This document shows positions 63,688-64,000 of a stretch of DNA of 64,000 bases, one piece after another. Position numbers and translations under genes: made by a program. The notes beneath the pieces are model-generated. The model made no database searches, was not told where the DNA came from, and was given only the letters and a program-made list of their open reading frames with translations. Source of the DNA: Eledone cirrhosa (lineage: Eukaryota); contig OZ024740.1 in the NCBI GenBank assembly GCA_964016885.1, positions 421,538,001 through 421,602,000 on the forward strand, given 5' to 3'. How positions within the stretch are numbered: the stretch's first letter is position 1; every line of letters begins with the position of its first letter.

Positions 63688-64000
63688 TACAGGGTGGACA
63701 AAGGTCGCAATACATAGGAAAATAATTACATTTTTAAGTTTCCATATTTATTTATTAACGTGTTCTTTTCTAAGTTACAGACACCCTGAAGATTTTTATC
63801 TTTGGGGACACTTGAAAGCCATGGTGTATCAGGAAAAAATAAGAGACAAATCATTTAAAGGACTACATCACCAACGCCATTACACACATAATTCCAGAGG
63901 TGCTAATGTGTGTTCATAAAGAGAGGGAGAAACATATTTCAATGTGTTTTCAAAATAATGGTAACCACGTAGAGCATGTTATATAAATAAATTGTTTCTT
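63688..64000 (+). mobile_element. Tc1/mariner-superfamily deletion derivative (runs off the window)
   Basis: TA-CAGGGTG terminus; transposase C-terminal motifs P.DFYLWGHLKAMVY and QNNGNHVEH. Confidence 0.75.

Overview
AT-rich, repeat-dense eukaryotic (animal) genomic DNA. The SINE/LINE repertoire resembles octopus/coleoid cephalopod sequence; this is an inference from recalled repeat families and was not searched. Two spliced genes lie in tandem on the minus strand. The first is the 3' part of Enhancer of zeste (EZH2/E(z)): six CXC-SET exons at 53254 to 26013, with upstream exons outside the window. The second is the 5' part of the ciliary IFT-A gene WDR19/IFT144: four exons at 18345 to 12302, with an RFX X-box beside the ATG. 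Two large intronic satellites dominate: a 64-bp array (1-11251, WDR19 intron 4) and a 28-bp array (~31954-52077, an EZH2 intron). Also present are a near full-length decayed Tx1/L1-clade LINE (57821-63237), CRE and RTE LINE remnants, several SINE families, MITEs and two long palindromes. The most notable unexplained signals are type I hammerhead ribozyme motifs (15611-15666, and a pair inside interleaved inverted repeats at 19857-20672), a possible splicing route to ORF2 expression in the Tx1 element, a duplicated splice donor on an EZH2 SET exon, and repeated birth of tandem repeats from transposon segments. Most ORFs in the supplied track are spurious repeat translations.
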